In this document: positions 38,246-49,211 of the stretch, piece after piece
How positions within the stretch are numbered: the first letter of the stretch is position 1
Layout: every line of letters begins with the position of its first letter
NCBI GenBank assembly: GCA_963837465.1
Contig: CAWINB010000004.1
Location: 793,078 to 857,077 of the forward strand
Source of the DNA: Candidatus Doudnabacteria bacterium
Lineage (GTDB): Bacteria; Patescibacteriota; Doudnabacteria; UBA920
Length of the DNA: 64,000 nt
Direction: 5' to 3'
Position numbers and translations under genes: made by a program
Notes under the pieces: generated by a model
Seen by the model: only the letters and a program-made list of their open reading frames with translations
Told to the model about the DNA's origin: nothing
Database searches by the model: none

Positions 38246-39682
38246 ATGAAGAAAACAGAGCTGATTTTTAACATTATATCCGTTCCCGTGGACGTTATTT
38301 CGCTTTTTTTGGCCGGCGTAGCGTCTTTTTATTTAAGGGAGCATTCCGTAAGCCTGGTCGGACCTATAGTTTACCGGTTGCAGCTGAGGGAATTTTTAAG
38401 CGTGGTCTATAAAATTGTGCCCGTCCTTGTTCTTATTTTCGCTCTGCTCGGTTTGTATAATTTAAGGGGCACGCGCAAATTTATCCCCGAATTCGGCCGG
38501 ATAATCGTCGGCACTTCCATGGGCTTGCTTATTGTGATTTTACTGTTCTTTTTCAACCAAAGCATTTTTCCTTCACGCTTTATCATCCTTGCCACCTGGG
38601 GTTTTGGAATTCTGTTTGTGGTTTTAGGGCGTCTGGCCTTAAAACAGGCGCAGATATTTTTATTCCGCCAAAATCTTGGATTGCACAAACTGGTTATTAT
38701 TAACGGCAATCCGGGCAGTCTGGAATTAATAGAACAGATTTTCAAAAACAGCAAGCACGGCTATAAAGTCATTGCCGAGCTCGATTATTCGCCGGCTGTT
38801 TTTGGCGGGCTGGAAAAGCTGTATCAGGAAAAAAAAGTTGATGAAATCCTCCAGGCCAATCCCGCTTTAAGCGATGACGTGAATTTAAAACTGGTGCAGT
38901 TCGCCAGGGGTAAAGGCTTAAAGTTCAGTTTTGTGCCGAATCTTTTTGAAGTCCAGAGAAATATCGTGGAAACCGACAACTTAAACGGCATCCCGCTAAT
39001 CAGTCTTAAGAATACGCCCCTGGACGGCTGGGGCAAAGTGGCCAAAAGGATACTGGATGTCCTGGCCAGCCTGGCGTGCCTGATTTTAACCTCCCCGGTT
39101 TTTTTGCTGGTCTATGTGGCCATAAAGATTGACTCAAAGGGAAAAGCTATTTATTCCGCCGCGCGGGGCGGAAACGGCAGGGACTTTAAATTTTACAAGT
39201 TCAGGAGCATGTACAGCCACCTGAGCATAGGCGAAAAGTACGGCGGCCGCACGGCTGAACAGATGCGCAAAGACTTGTGGCAAAAAAATGACCGCGGCGG
39301 CGCGGAAGCGCCGTTTTTAAAAATAAAAGACGACCCGCGCGTTACCAAAGTCGGGCGTTTTTTACGCCGGACCAAACTTGATGAAATACCGCAGTTCTGG
39401 AACGTGCTTAAGGGCGACATGAGCATGGTCGGACCGCGAGCCCATGTTTTGGACGAAGTCAAAAAGTACCGCGACAGATACCCGCGCATGTTCAGCATAA
39501 AGCCGGGCATAACCGGCCTTTCGCAAATATCCCAGTTTTCCTGGGCCGATTTGCCGTTCGAGGAAGAAATCCGCCTGAATACTTATTACATAGAAAACTG
39601 GTCTCTGTGGCTGGACGTAAAAATTCTCGCCCAAACTTTCTGGCTGCTGTTTTTTGATGTTGAGCCAAAGGATAATTATTAA
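38246..39682 (+). CDS. Polyprenyl-phosphate hexose-1-phosphate transferase (WbaP/CpsE-like priming glycosyltransferase)
   Basis: C-terminal bacterial sugar-transferase domain RILDVLASL...KFRSM...DEIPQFWNVLKGDMSMVGPR. Confidence 0.85.
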   Translation: MKKTELIFNIISVPVDVISLFLAGVASFYLREHSVSLVGPIVYRLQLREFLSVVYKIVPVLVLIFALLGLYNLRGTRKFIPEFGRIIVGTSMGLLIVILLFFFNQSIFPSRFIILATWGFGILFVVLGRLALKQAQIFLFRQNLGLHKLVIINGNPGSLELIEQIFKNSKHGYKVIAELDYSPAVFGGLEKLYQEKKVDEILQANPALSDDVNLKLVQFARGKGLKFSFVPNLFEVQRNIVETDNLNGIPLISLKNTPLDGWGKVAKRILDVLASLACLILTSPVFLLVYVAIKIDSKGKAIYSAARGGNGRDFKFYKFRSMYSHLSIGEKYGGRTAEQMRKDLWQKNDRGGAEAPFLKIKDDPRVTKVGRFLRRTKLDEIPQFWNVLKGDMSMVGPRAHVLDEVKKYRDRYPRMFSIKPGITGLSQISQFSWADLPFEEEIRLNTYYIENWSLWLDVKILAQTFWLLFFDVEPKDNY

Positions 39683-39684
39683 GC

Positions 39685-40854
39685 ATGATGACAAATTTCC
39701 AATTTCCAGTTTCCAATTTCAAAATCGCTTTGGCCCACGATTCGTTTACCCAGGACGGGGGAGCGGAAAGAGTGATGGAGGGTTTGCATGAGCTGTTTCC
39801 CCAAGCCCCTGTTTTTACTTTGGTGTTTGACCCAAAATTCAGGGAAAAATACAAAGATTGGGACATCCGCACTTCCAAATTGCAGACTTTATACCTGTCT
39901 TTGGGCAAGCTCCAGTACCTTTTGCCGCTTATTCCGTACGGAGTGGATTCCCTGGATTTTTCCGGTTTTGACGTTATAATTTCTTCCAGCTCCGGGTTCA
40001 TTAAAAATTTACGCCGTCCGAAAAACGCCTTGCATATAAATTACTGCCATACCCCGGCCCGGTTTTTGTGGAGCGATGCCAATTACGTAAACGAAGAAGT
40101 CAATCCGGTCTTTAGACCCGCGGCAAAATTTATACTAAACCGGATAAAGCTTTGGGATTTAAAGGGGGCAAAGCGGGTGGATTATTTTATCGCTAATTCA
40201 CACGAAGTCCAAAACAGGATTTCGCGATATTATCAGCGTACTAGTACGCTGATACATCCGTTTGTCGATATGGATTTTTGGAAAAACGTTCAAACCAGGC
40301 AAAATTATTTTTTGCTCGCCGGCAGGCTTCAGGCGCATAAAAATAATGAACTGATTATCCAGATTTTTAATGAACTTGACCTGCCGCTGCGTGTGGCGGG
40401 TACGGGGCGGCAGGAAAATTATTTAAAATCCATCGCCAAACCGAATATTAAGTTCTTAGGGCGCGTCAGCGACGAACAACTGCGGCAGGAATACAGCGGA
40501 GCTCTCGGCTTTATTTACCCCCAACTGGAAGATTTCGGCCTAATGCCCCTGGAAGCCGCCGCCTGCGGCACGGCCACCCTGGCTTACGGCAAAGGCGGAG
40601 CTTTGGAAACGGTGACTTCTGGGGTTACAGGAGAGTTTTTTGGTCCCGACGCAGTTAGCCCATTTATGGGCTGTGGAACTGAACAAACAGCCGATAAATT
40701 GGCTAACTACAAGGACCAAATCAAACAGCTCATCCTAAACTGGCAACCGCAAAAATATAAACCCGACCAACTGCAATCCCAGGCCGAAAAATTCAGCAAG
40801 GAAAAATTTAAGGAAAATATTTTAGAATTTATTAATTCATTAAAAATGAAATGA
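39685..40854 (+). CDS. GT4 glycosyltransferase (carries several dispersed repeat motifs in frame)
   Basis: GT-B fold; EDFGLMPLEAAACG motif; heptamer run at its 5' end, the 22-bp palindrome at 40232 and the P4-variant at 40688. Confidence 0.8.
   Translation: MMTNFQFPVSNFKIALAHDSFTQDGGAERVMEGLHELFPQAPVFTLVFDPKFREKYKDWDIRTSKLQTLYLSLGKLQYLLPLIPYGVDSLDFSGFDVIISSSSGFIKNLRRPKNALHINYCHTPARFLWSDANYVNEEVNPVFRPAAKFILNRIKLWDLKGAKRVDYFIANSHEVQNRISRYYQRTSTLIHPFVDMDFWKNVQTRQNYFLLAGRLQAHKNNELIIQIFNELDLPLRVAGTGRQENYLKSIAKPNIKFLGRVSDEQLRQEYSGALGFIYPQLEDFGLMPLEAAACGTATLAYGKGGALETVTSGVTGEFFGPDAVSPFMGCGTEQTADKLANYKDQIKQLILNWQPQKYKPDQLQSQAEKFSKEKFKENILEFINSLKMK
40232..40253. repeat. 22-bp perfect palindrome ATCAGCGTACTAGTACGCTGAT inside the GT4 CDS (P5 family)
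   Basis: Direct reading; encodes YQRTSTLIH; core shared with 49711..49728 and 49604..49629. Confidence 0.8.
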
Positions 40855-41246
40855 AAAATTGTATATTCTGTCAAATCGTGGCGGGAAAATCGCCAAATTA
40901 TAAGTTATATGAAGACAAAGATTTTTTGGCATTTTTGGACATTAATCCTATGAACTTTGGGCATTTTTTAATCATATCAAAGAAGCATTACAACTATATT
41001 TTTGATTTACCGGAACCCTTGTATTCTAAAATTTTTAAATTAACAAAAAAATTATCCAAGCCCTTAAAACTCGCAACCAAAGCAAAGCGGATTGGAATAG
41101 CTATTGAAGGGCTTGCAGTGCCTCATTTGCATATACATATGGTACCTTTGAACAATTTGTCAGATCTTGATCCAAATCGGGCAAAAAGAGCATTGGATAA
41201 AGAATTGAAGCGAACCCATAAAATGCTAAAAAAATATTTTAAATGA
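40851..41246 (+). CDS. HIT-family (histidine triad) nucleotide hydrolase/transferase
   Basis: HLHIHMVP histidine triad. Confidence 0.8.
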   Translation: MKNCIFCQIVAGKSPNYKLYEDKDFLAFLDINPMNFGHFLIISKKHYNYIFDLPEPLYSKIFKLTKKLSKPLKLATKAKRIGIAIEGLAVPHLHIHMVPLNNLSDLDPNRAKRALDKELKRTHKMLKKYFK

Positions 41247-42361
41247 AAATCGCCGTTGATTTAAGGAGTCTTTCCAGCGGGCAGTTTACCGGGGTGGAAA
41301 ATTACGCGCTTAATTTATTGGACGCGCTTTTGGCTTTGGACAAAAAAAACAGTTATATTTTATTTTACAATTCTTTGGGCAACGGCAAGACTTTGGATTT
41401 GAACTTTATAAATTCCACAACCAAGCTGACCCGCTATCCCAACCGCCTGTTGAATTTGGCTTTAATGGCCAGGGCCACCACCCTGGAAAAAGTCATCGGC
41501 GATTTTGACTGCCTGTTTATGCCCAATTTAAACCAGTTTAACATAGCTCCTTCGGCCAGGCTGGCGCTGACCGTGCACGACTTGTCGCCGGTGGTCACGC
41601 CGGAATTTTACGATGTTAAAAGAAGGATGTGGCACAAATTTTTAAATTACAAACGGGCCTTTGGGCGGGCCAATGTAATTTTTGCCGTGTCAGAATACAC
41701 CAAAAACGATCTTATCCGGATTTTTGGCATCAGTCCGGAAAAAATTAAAGTCGCTTACCCGGGAATTAACAACAACGACTTCCGTCCGGATATTGGCATC
41801 TCCCGCCTCCGCCAGGTCCGTAACATTTACGGCTTGCCGGGAGAATTTATTTTATTTTTAAACACCATTGAACCCAGAAAAAACCTGGCGGGACTGCTAA
41901 GCGCCTTTGAGCGTACCGCCGGAGAATCCAGCTTGGTGATTATGGGCCGCCGGGGCTGGAAATACAAAGCTGTCATGCAAAGCATCAAAAACAGCAAAAA
42001 ATCTGCTAAAATAAAGTACATAGGATACGCCGACGAAAAAGACAAGCCGGCTATTATTAAGCTGGCCAAAATGCTGGTCTACCCCAGTTTTTACGAAGGT
42101 TTTGGCTTTGGGCCGCTGGAAGCTATGGCTGTGGGCACGCCGGTTATTGTAAGCCAGGTTACGGCGTTGCCCGAGGTTTCCGGGGACGCGGCCCTGCTTG
42201 TAAACCCCTATGATACCGGCAGTATTACAACAGCTGTTGAGGCGCTGCTGAAGGACGAAAACTTAAGGCGGCGGCTGGTCGCCAAAGGTCTGGAAAAAGT
42301 AAAGCAATACAGCTGGCAAAAAACGGCGCGGGAAGTTTTAAGCGGATTAAATAGTATATAG
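41243..42361 (+). CDS. GT4 glycosyltransferase
   Basis: GT-B fold; [14 protein letters not shown] motif. Confidence 0.8.
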   Translation: MKIAVDLRSLSSGQFTGVENYALNLLDALLALDKKNSYILFYNSLGNGKTLDLNFINSTTKLTRYPNRLLNLALMARATTLEKVIGDFDCLFMPNLNQFNIAPSARLALTVHDLSPVVTPEFYDVKRRMWHKFLNYKRAFGRANVIFAVSEYTKNDLIRIFGISPEKIKVAYPGINNNDFRPDIGISRLRQVRNIYGLPGEFILFLNTIEPRKNLAGLLSAFERTAGESSLVIMGRRGWKYKAVMQSIKNSKKSAKIKYIGYADEKDKPAIIKLAKMLVYPSFYEGFGFGPLEAMAVGTPVIVSQVTALPEVSGDAALLVNPYDTGSITTAVEALLKDENLRRRLVAKGLEKVKQYSWQKTAREVLSGLNSI

Positions 42362-42400
42362 AACCTATTTTAAAAATTAGGGGACAAATTTGTGGAAACG

Positions 42401-42489
42401 GATAAACACGGATTTAAAACAGGTGAACACGGATTACTGCATTCTGTACGTGTTAATCTGTTTGCCCGCTCCGTGTTCATCCGTGTTAT
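42401..42489. promoter_or_regulatory. Nested inverted repeats of AACACGGAT (two direct copies, then two inverted copies)
   Basis: ataaacacggat...gaacacggat...ccgtgttc atccgtgttat. Confidence 0.45.
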
Positions 42490-42546
42490 GTTATATATAA
42501 ACTGTCGGAATATATTTAAAACGAGTTCTTAATTTTATTTAATTCA

Positions 42547-43671
42547 ATGATTATCGGAATTGACGCCCGGATGCTGGGCAGGAGGCACGGAGGAATAGGC
42601 AGATATGTTTTGGAATTATCCAAAAGTCTTTTGGAAATTGACCGCGTCAATCATTACGATATTTTTGTAAACTTAAAGACATCAGATGCGGCCGATGTTG
42701 ACCAATTAAGGAAGTTTGAAAACGCCACCGTTGTTCCGGCCAACATCCGCCATTATTCCCTGGGCGAACAGCTGAGTTTTGCCCGCTTGCTTAATAAGTA
42801 TCCGCTGGACATTGTCCATTTTCCCAATTTTAACGTGGCCCTAAATTACCAAAAGCCGTTCGTGGTTACCATTCACGATATGGTGCACCATAAAATAGGC
42901 GGCGCCAAAAAAAGCCACTTCCCGCATTTTTTGGCTTACAAAAAAGTTATTGAAAGCGCGGCGGAAAAATCAAAAAAAATTATTACCGTATCCCAGGCCG
43001 CGAAAAAAGATATTGCTTCGTTTTTGCGAATCCCGCCGAATAAAATCGCCGTGACTTATGAAGGTTCAAAGCTGAATACCAAAGTTAGTTCGGAACAGGT
43101 AGCGGAAATAAAAAAAAGGTACTTTTTGGACAAACCTTATTTTTTGTTTGTGGGAGTTTTGGAACGTAAAAAAAATCTGGTCAACCTGACCCGCGGTTTT
43201 GACCAATTTTTTCAAAAGTACAACATCGACATGGATTTAGTCGTAGTCGGTAAAACCGATCCACACTATCCGGAAATTAAGCATGAGGCTTTGGATATAA
43301 AACACAACGACCGTCTTGTCTTTACCGGGCAGGTGGAAGATTCCGAGCTGACCGCGCTTTACAAAGGCGCTTACGCTTTTGCCTCGGCTTCGGTCCACGA
43401 GGGTTTTGGCCTGCCGGGAGTGGAAGCTTTGGGTTTTGGCCTGCCGCTGTTAGCCAGCAACAGCGATGTCTTTAATGAAATTTACGACAACGCGGCCGTT
43501 TATTTTAACCCTTTTGATCCGGAAGACATAGCTGAAAAAATGCACCTGCTGGCCCAGGACAAGCAGTTTTATCAACAGTTGCGGGGAAAAAGCCTGCAAA
43601 GGAGCCTGCTGTTTGACTGGCGTAAGACCGCGGAAGAGACGTTGGAGGTGTATAGGATTTGCGTCTTTTAA
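42547..43671 (+). CDS. GT4 glycosyltransferase
   Basis: GT-B fold; EGFGLPGVEALGFG motif. Confidence 0.8.
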   Translation: MIIGIDARMLGRRHGGIGRYVLELSKSLLEIDRVNHYDIFVNLKTSDAADVDQLRKFENATVVPANIRHYSLGEQLSFARLLNKYPLDIVHFPNFNVALNYQKPFVVTIHDMVHHKIGGAKKSHFPHFLAYKKVIESAAEKSKKIITVSQAAKKDIASFLRIPPNKIAVTYEGSKLNTKVSSEQVAEIKKRYFLDKPYFLFVGVLERKKNLVNLTRGFDQFFQKYNIDMDLVVVGKTDPHYPEIKHEALDIKHNDRLVFTGQVEDSELTALYKGAYAFASASVHEGFGLPGVEALGFGLPLLASNSDVFNEIYDNAAVYFNPFDPEDIAEKMHLLAQDKQFYQQLRGKSLQRSLLFDWRKTAEETLEVYRICVF

Positions 43672-43765
43672 GTTTCGTAATATTTCCACATATTCGAGAA
43701 TATAGATGGAAAAATATTGAAATTGAAATAGTAGAAATAGGGTTGAAATAAATGGAAATATTGTT

Positions 43766-44860
43766 ATGAAAATTTTACTGGTCGGCGGCGGCAGCGGCGG
43801 CCCTGTGTCGCCCCTGCTGGCGGTCGCCGAAGAGATAAAAAAAAATCATCCCTCGGCCAAATTCTTACTGGTCGGCACGAACAGCGGGCCGGAAAAACAT
43901 ATGGCGCGAGCCGCGGGCCTGGATTTTACCGCTATTTCGGCGGCTAAGTTGCGGCGGTATTTTTCCTGGCGGAATTTTTTGGCGCCGTTTTTGCTGGCGG
44001 CCGGTTTTTTTCAGAGCTTAAAACTGCTGGCATCCTTCCGCCCCGATTGCGTGCTCGGGGCCGGAAGTTTCGCGCAGGTGCCGCTGGTCTGGGCGGCTTG
44101 GATTCTGAAAATTCCCGTGGTTTTGCACCAGCAGGATTTACTGCCGGGTCTGGCCAACAAACTTTGCGAGTTGGCCGCCTCAACCATCACCGTAAGTTTT
44201 GAAGCTTCTTTAAAAAGCTTTCCCAGCAACTTTGGATTTTTTTACAAAAATACCAGACGTGATAAAATTATCCTGACAGGCAATCCATTCAGACAGGAAC
44301 TTAAATCGGCCGACAAGCAGGAATCTTTAAAGTTTTTTAACCTAAGGCCGGATATGCCCACACTCCTGGTTTTGGGCGGCGGCACCGGAGCGGAATTTTT
44401 GAACGACTTGGTATGTGAAAGCTTGGCGCGGCTGGCCAAAACGGTGCAAATTATCCATTCGGCCGGCCCGGGCAAGCTTAAAGCAGTCCGGGCGGAAAAC
44501 TACCGCGGCTACGAGTTTATAGATAATATGGCCGCGGCTTACGCCGCGGCCGACCTGGTGGTGTGCCGGGGCGGCCTGTCCACCATTACCGAATTGTCAA
44601 ATTTAAAAAAATTAAGTATAATTATTCCTTTGCCCCGTAGTCCGCAGGAAATTAACGCCATGTTTCTGGCGCGGGCCAACGCGGCCATAATTTTAAGCCA
44701 AAACGAAGTCACGTCTATTGGCCTCATAAACCTGGTCCGCAAACTCCTGTTCGCCCACGATCTGCGGCAGCAGCTGAAAAATAATATTTTTAACATTATG
44801 CCAAAAAACGCCGGGGAAAAAATTGCCGAAGTTGTTTTAAGGCTGGCGCTCCATTACTAA
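43766..44860 (+). CDS. murG: MurG-like GT28 (lipid I to lipid II N-acetylglucosaminyltransferase)
   Basis: MKILLVGGGSGG N-terminus and two-domain GT28 architecture; sits next to murC and murB. Confidence 0.7.
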   Translation: MKILLVGGGSGGPVSPLLAVAEEIKKNHPSAKFLLVGTNSGPEKHMARAAGLDFTAISAAKLRRYFSWRNFLAPFLLAAGFFQSLKLLASFRPDCVLGAGSFAQVPLVWAAWILKIPVVLHQQDLLPGLANKLCELAASTITVSFEASLKSFPSNFGFFYKNTRRDKIILTGNPFRQELKSADKQESLKFFNLRPDMPTLLVLGGGTGAEFLNDLVCESLARLAKTVQIIHSAGPGKLKAVRAENYRGYEFIDNMAAAYAAADLVVCRGGLSTITELSNLKKLSIIIPLPRSPQEINAMFLARANAAIILSQNEVTSIGLINLVRKLLFAHDLRQQLKNNIFNIMPKNAGEKIAEVVLRLALHY

Positions 44861-44958
44861 TTTATATTTAAAAGGCAGTCTCCAAGAGTCGTATTGTTCT
44901 TATTTTTTAACCTATCCGCCAAAAAGTAAATTAAAGACGCGGCTTCCGGAAACCCATT

Positions 44959-45906
44959 ATGCTTAACTCGGCAAAACCCAAAGTCGGACTGGCTCTAAGC
45001 GGCAGCGGCGACCGCACGACTTTTTATATCGGCTTTCTGGAAAGCCTGAGCCGGCAAAATGTCCCCATAGATTATATTTCCGCCTGCTCCGGAGGGTCGC
45101 TGGTGGCCGCGGCTTACGCCTGCGGCGCCTTGGAAGAGTTTAAAAAAGAAGCCCTGTCCCTGAACGGCGAAGGCCTTAAACATTACATCGCCAAAAGCAG
45201 GGGCCGCGGAGGTTTTTATTCACTGGATGTGATGGAGGAAAAATTGCGCGGATTTACAAAAGGCAAAACTTTTGAGGAAGTCAGGCCGCTGATGTCGTTT
45301 GTCACAGTGGACATAGAAACAGGCGAGCAAATTAACCTTTGCATAGGCGATATCGCGCGCGCCGCCAGGGTTTCCTGCACCTTGCCCGGGGTTTTTGAGC
45401 CGGTGAAATGGGGCAACCGGACTCTGGTGGACGGCGGCCTGTTAAGCCAAATCCCGCTGGATTCCTTAAAACAGTTTCCGGTTGACGTAACAGTTGGGGT
45501 TAATATGCGCGGCACCAAACATATTTTTACCCAGGGGCAAATCAGCTTAAAAAAACTCCTCAACCTTTTGGGCAAGCTGCTGTTTGTCAGCGAGCTCGGC
45601 AGTTTGGTCAGAGGTTTTTGGGATGAAGACGAAGACGGGGATATTGATTTTGAGCGCAACCCCAGCACGTTTACGGTTTTAAGCAAGAGCCTGAATCTGG
45701 CCATTGCCGCCGAGAAAACGGGCTCGGAGCCGGATATATCCTGCGACCTGATGATAGTTCCCTCCATGCCGCCGGTTAAACGCGACATTACCGAGCAATT
45801 TACATTTTATTACGAAATGGGAAAAAAGTGCGCCGAAGAGTTTGGGCCAAAAATTTTACAACTTGTGGAACAGAAGCAAAAAATTATGGACGCGGTAAAA
45901 TCATGA
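44959..45906 (+). CDS. Patatin-like phospholipase
   Basis: GLALSGSGDR, CSGGS (GxSxG) and DGG motifs. Confidence 0.75.
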   Translation: MLNSAKPKVGLALSGSGDRTTFYIGFLESLSRQNVPIDYISACSGGSLVAAAYACGALEEFKKEALSLNGEGLKHYIAKSRGRGGFYSLDVMEEKLRGFTKGKTFEEVRPLMSFVTVDIETGEQINLCIGDIARAARVSCTLPGVFEPVKWGNRTLVDGGLLSQIPLDSLKQFPVDVTVGVNMRGTKHIFTQGQISLKKLLNLLGKLLFVSELGSLVRGFWDEDEDGDIDFERNPSTFTVLSKSLNLAIAAEKTGSEPDISCDLMIVPSMPPVKRDITEQFTFYYEMGKKCAEEFGPKILQLVEQKQKIMDAVKS

Positions 45907-47408
45907 ACCTGGATGATATAAAAAAAATATATTTTGTGGGTATTGGCGGCATAGCCATGTCCGCGGCCGCTGGTATTGCCGGACAGCGGGGGTTTGAGGT
46001 AACCGGCAGCGACGCGGCAGGAATTTATCCGCCGGCCAAAGATGCGCTGGATGCTTTGGATATCCCTTACTTTACCGGCTACAGCCCGGAGCACCCAAAG
46101 CGGGCGGGCGCCGATTTGTTTATTTTATCCGCGGGGGAAGGGCCGGAAAATCCCGAAGTCGGATATATTTTGGAAAACGGCCTTCCGCGCTCGGGCTTTC
46201 CGGAACTGCTTTATGAGCTGGCCAAAGACCGTCTGCGTCTGGTCGTGGCCGGCACGCACGGTAAATCCACCACAACCGGCCTTTTGGGGCACCTGTTAAA
46301 AAATCTGGACGACAGTTCTTTTTTGGCCGGCGGGGTCCTGCAAAACTACGACAGTAATTTTTATCTGGGCGACGGCAATTATTTTGTGTTTGAGGGCGAT
46401 GAGTACAAATCGGAGTTTGACGACCCGACGCCAAAGTTTCAATACTACAGGGCCGATATTTCGGTTTTGACCAACCTGGAATACGATCATCCCGATATGT
46501 TTGAAAATTTCGAGGTCCTGCGGCAGGAATTCCGTTTGCTGGTTGAAAAAATGCCGGAAGACGGGCTGGTTGTTTACAACGCGGATGACGCGGCCCTGAC
46601 CCAGCTTGTCCATGAATCCAATGTCAGCAGCGTCAGTTTTGGCATAGACAATCCCGCGGATTTTAAGGCGGAAGACATAAATTACTCCTCTGATTTTACG
46701 ACAATTGAAATAATAAACAAATTTTCCAAAGCCATTTCCAGTAAACTGCTCGGGCAAACCGAACAATACAAAATCCAGCTGCCGGGGAAAATCAATGTTT
46801 ATAATTCTTTGGCGGCCATTGCCACGCTAAGGTCTTTGGGTTTTGCGCGGGAGCAAATTGCCCTGGACCTTTTAACTTATAGGGGAATAAAAAGGCGTTT
46901 TGAAGTCGTGGGGGTAAAAAATGGCATTACCATCATCGACGATTACGCGCACCATCCCACCGCGGTAAAAGAAACCCTGGAAGCGGCCCGTCTCCGGTAT
47001 TTCCCTCAAACATCAGGCATCAAACATCAGACATCAAAATTATGGGCTATTTTTGAACCCCATACCTTTAGCCGCACCAAAGCCACATTGGATGACCTTG
47101 CGAAAAGTTTTGACGCGGCCGATGAGGTTTTGATATCGGAAATTTACCCGGCCAGGGAAAAAGCATCAGCCGGTACTGTAACATCTTCGCAAGTTGTCAA
47201 TGCTGTAACGCGCTCTGTAGGGGCTGCGCTCGCGCGCCCGCTCCCCGATGACGGGCGGCCAAGGCCAGCCCCCGCAATACGTTTGGTTTCGGATAAAACC
47301 CAAGCCCTAACCATCCTGAAATCCGAAGCCAAACCCGGCGACGTAATCATCATAATGGCCGTAGGCAGCTTTAACCGACTGGCTTATGAGTTGAAAGAAA
47401 TATTATAA
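45903..47408 (+). CDS. murC: UDP-N-acetylmuramate--L-alanine ligase; start at the ATGA overlap with the previous gene
   Basis: KIYFVGIGGIAMS...GTHGKSTTTGLL Mur-ligase motifs; in-frame tandem repeat insert at 47007-47039. Confidence 0.8.
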   Translation: MNLDDIKKIYFVGIGGIAMSAAAGIAGQRGFEVTGSDAAGIYPPAKDALDALDIPYFTGYSPEHPKRAGADLFILSAGEGPENPEVGYILENGLPRSGFPELLYELAKDRLRLVVAGTHGKSTTTGLLGHLLKNLDDSSFLAGGVLQNYDSNFYLGDGNYFVFEGDEYKSEFDDPTPKFQYYRADISVLTNLEYDHPDMFENFEVLRQEFRLLVEKMPEDGLVVYNADDAALTQLVHESNVSSVSFGIDNPADFKAEDINYSSDFTTIEIINKFSKAISSKLLGQTEQYKIQLPGKINVYNSLAAIATLRSLGFAREQIALDLLTYRGIKRRFEVVGVKNGITIIDDYAHHPTAVKETLEAARLRYFPQTSGIKHQTSKLWAIFEPHTFSRTKATLDDLAKSFDAADEVLISEIYPAREKASAGTVTSSQVVNAVTRSVGAALARPLPDDGRPRPAPAIRLVSDKTQALTILKSEAKPGDVIIIMAVGSFNRLAYELKEIL

Positions 47409-47410
47409 AG

Positions 47411-47665
47411 ATGGAAATCGAAAAAGAAATTCAGGAAATTAAATCGCGAAACCGAAAAGTGGAAGCCGACAAAGCCTGGGAAAGAAGCTGGTCAAGAAGA
47501 CTGTTTATAGTCATCGCGACCTACATAGTGGCTGCTTTTTGGCTGGTGGTTATAAAAGATACGCAGCCTTTCTTAAAAGCCTTAATCCCGGCTGTCGGCT
47601 ATTTGCTTTCGACTTTATCAATACCCTGGGTAAAAAGAATATGGTTAAAGAATCACCCCCGATGA
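47411..47665 (+). CDS. Small two-TM protein, hypothetical
   Basis: 84 aa; stop overlaps the murB start (ATGA). Confidence 0.4.
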   Translation: MEIEKEIQEIKSRNRKVEADKAWERSWSRRLFIVIATYIVAAFWLVVIKDTQPFLKALIPAVGYLLSTLSIPWVKRIWLKNHPR

Positions 47666-48717
47666 AAATCCAGGAAAATATTTTATTGGCTCCATACACC
47701 ACTTTTAAAATCGGCGGGCCGGCGAGGTTTTTTTGCTTCGTGGAAAATCAGTTTGACGCTTTGGCAGGCTATGAGTTTGCCAAAAAAAATAATTTAAAAG
47801 TTTTTGTTTTGGGCGGCGGCAGCAATATTTTGGTTAGTGACAAAGGCTTTAACGGGCTGGTGGTTAAAGTCCAAAATAAAGGGATTGAGGTTATTAATAA
47901 AAACAATGACGATGTTTTGCTTAGGGTCGCGTCCGGCGAGGTTTGGGACGAAGTCGTAAGTTTTGCCGTAAAAAATAGCTGGTGGGGGATTGAAAATTTA
48001 TCGCGCATTCCGGGCTCCAGCGGCGCCATTGCCGTGCAGAATGTTGGGGCTTACGGCCAGGAGGCCAAAAATATTATAAGTTCCGTAACGGTTTTCGACA
48101 CTCAAACGCATCAGATTTCAAATTTAAGCAACGGCGATTGCGGGTTCGGTTACAGGAAAAGCATTTTTAATTCAGAGCAAAAAGGCGAATATGTTATTTT
48201 TTCCATAGATTTTATTTTGTCAAAAATTGCCGGGCCGAACTTAAGCTATGGGGATTTGCGTATTAAATTCGGGGATGCCAGTCCATCTTTGGCTGAAATC
48301 CGAAATGCCGTAATAGGAATAAGGGATAAAAAATTTCCTTTTCCCAGGGAAGCCGTAAAGGGAAACGCGGGATCGTTTTTTAAAAATCCCGTACTGAGCC
48401 CGGAGGGTTATAAAAACCTGCGGGTAAAAATAGCCGCGGAGTTCGGCAAAGCGGCGGCTGGTAATTTGGGGAAAAAGATATTTACGGACGATAACTTAAC
48501 CAAGGTTCCGGCGGCGTTTTTAATTGAACTTTGCGGCTTAAAAAATTTGCAAAGCGGCGGCGCGGGTCTTAATCAAAACCAGCCTTTGGTGATTATTAAC
48601 CAAACAGGAACCGCCACAGCTGAAGATATTATGAATTTAGCCAACCAAGTCAGGAGCGCGGTCCTGGAAAAGACGGGGATCAGCCTTGTTTTTGAGCCGG
48701 AGTTGATTGGGTTTTAA
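47662..48717 (+). CDS. murB: UDP-N-acetylenolpyruvoylglucosamine reductase
   Basis: APYTTFKIGGPARFF...VLGGGSNIL FAD-binding motifs. Confidence 0.85.
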   Translation: MKIQENILLAPYTTFKIGGPARFFCFVENQFDALAGYEFAKKNNLKVFVLGGGSNILVSDKGFNGLVVKVQNKGIEVINKNNDDVLLRVASGEVWDEVVSFAVKNSWWGIENLSRIPGSSGAIAVQNVGAYGQEAKNIISSVTVFDTQTHQISNLSNGDCGFGYRKSIFNSEQKGEYVIFSIDFILSKIAGPNLSYGDLRIKFGDASPSLAEIRNAVIGIRDKKFPFPREAVKGNAGSFFKNPVLSPEGYKNLRVKIAAEFGKAAAGNLGKKIFTDDNLTKVPAAFLIELCGLKNLQSGGAGLNQNQPLVIINQTGTATAEDIMNLANQVRSAVLEKTGISLVFEPELIGF

Positions 48718-48803
48718 GGAAGTATGCTATAATGATTTTGTAAAAAATTAATTTTTAACAGCAAGCTGAACAGCAAAATGCGCGTTATTCGCCCGTTACG
48801 ATT

Positions 48804-49133
48804 ATGAATATCACAATAAAAGCCACCAACACAACTTTAACCCCGGCCATTAAAAGTTTTATAGAAGATAAGCTGGATTCGCTTGCCAAATTCATTAAGC
48901 CGGAAGACAAAGTCAGGGTGCAGATAGAAGCCGACAAAAGGCGCGCCGGCGAATTCGCTTTCCGCGCCGAAATAGACATCCAGCCCCACGGCCATTTTGC
49001 GGATGCCCGCGGTATTGATATTTACGCGGCGTTTGATCTGGTCGTCCCTAAGATTAAGGAGCAGCTGACCAGAAAAAAGGATAAAAAATTAAGCCTGCGC
49101 AGGGCCAAGCTTTCCGTAAAAAATTTAAAATAA
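48804..49133 (+). CDS. hpf: Ribosome hibernation promoting factor (short HPF/RaiA)
   Basis: [24 protein letters not shown]... Confidence 0.8.
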   Translation: MNITIKATNTTLTPAIKSFIEDKLDSLAKFIKPEDKVRVQIEADKRRAGEFAFRAEIDIQPHGHFADARGIDIYAAFDLVVPKIKEQLTRKKDKKLSLRRAKLSVKNLK

Positions 49134-49138
49134 AAAAT

Positions 49139-49166
49139 CCCCCGGCCAAACCGGGGTATTTTTTTG
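49139..49166 (+). terminator. Rho-independent terminator
   Basis: atcccccggccaaaccggggtattttttt. Confidence 0.7.
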
Positions 49167-49211
49167 CCATCTCAGAGATGCCAATATCAATCGAGCTGTG
49201 TTTTTGGTGTG

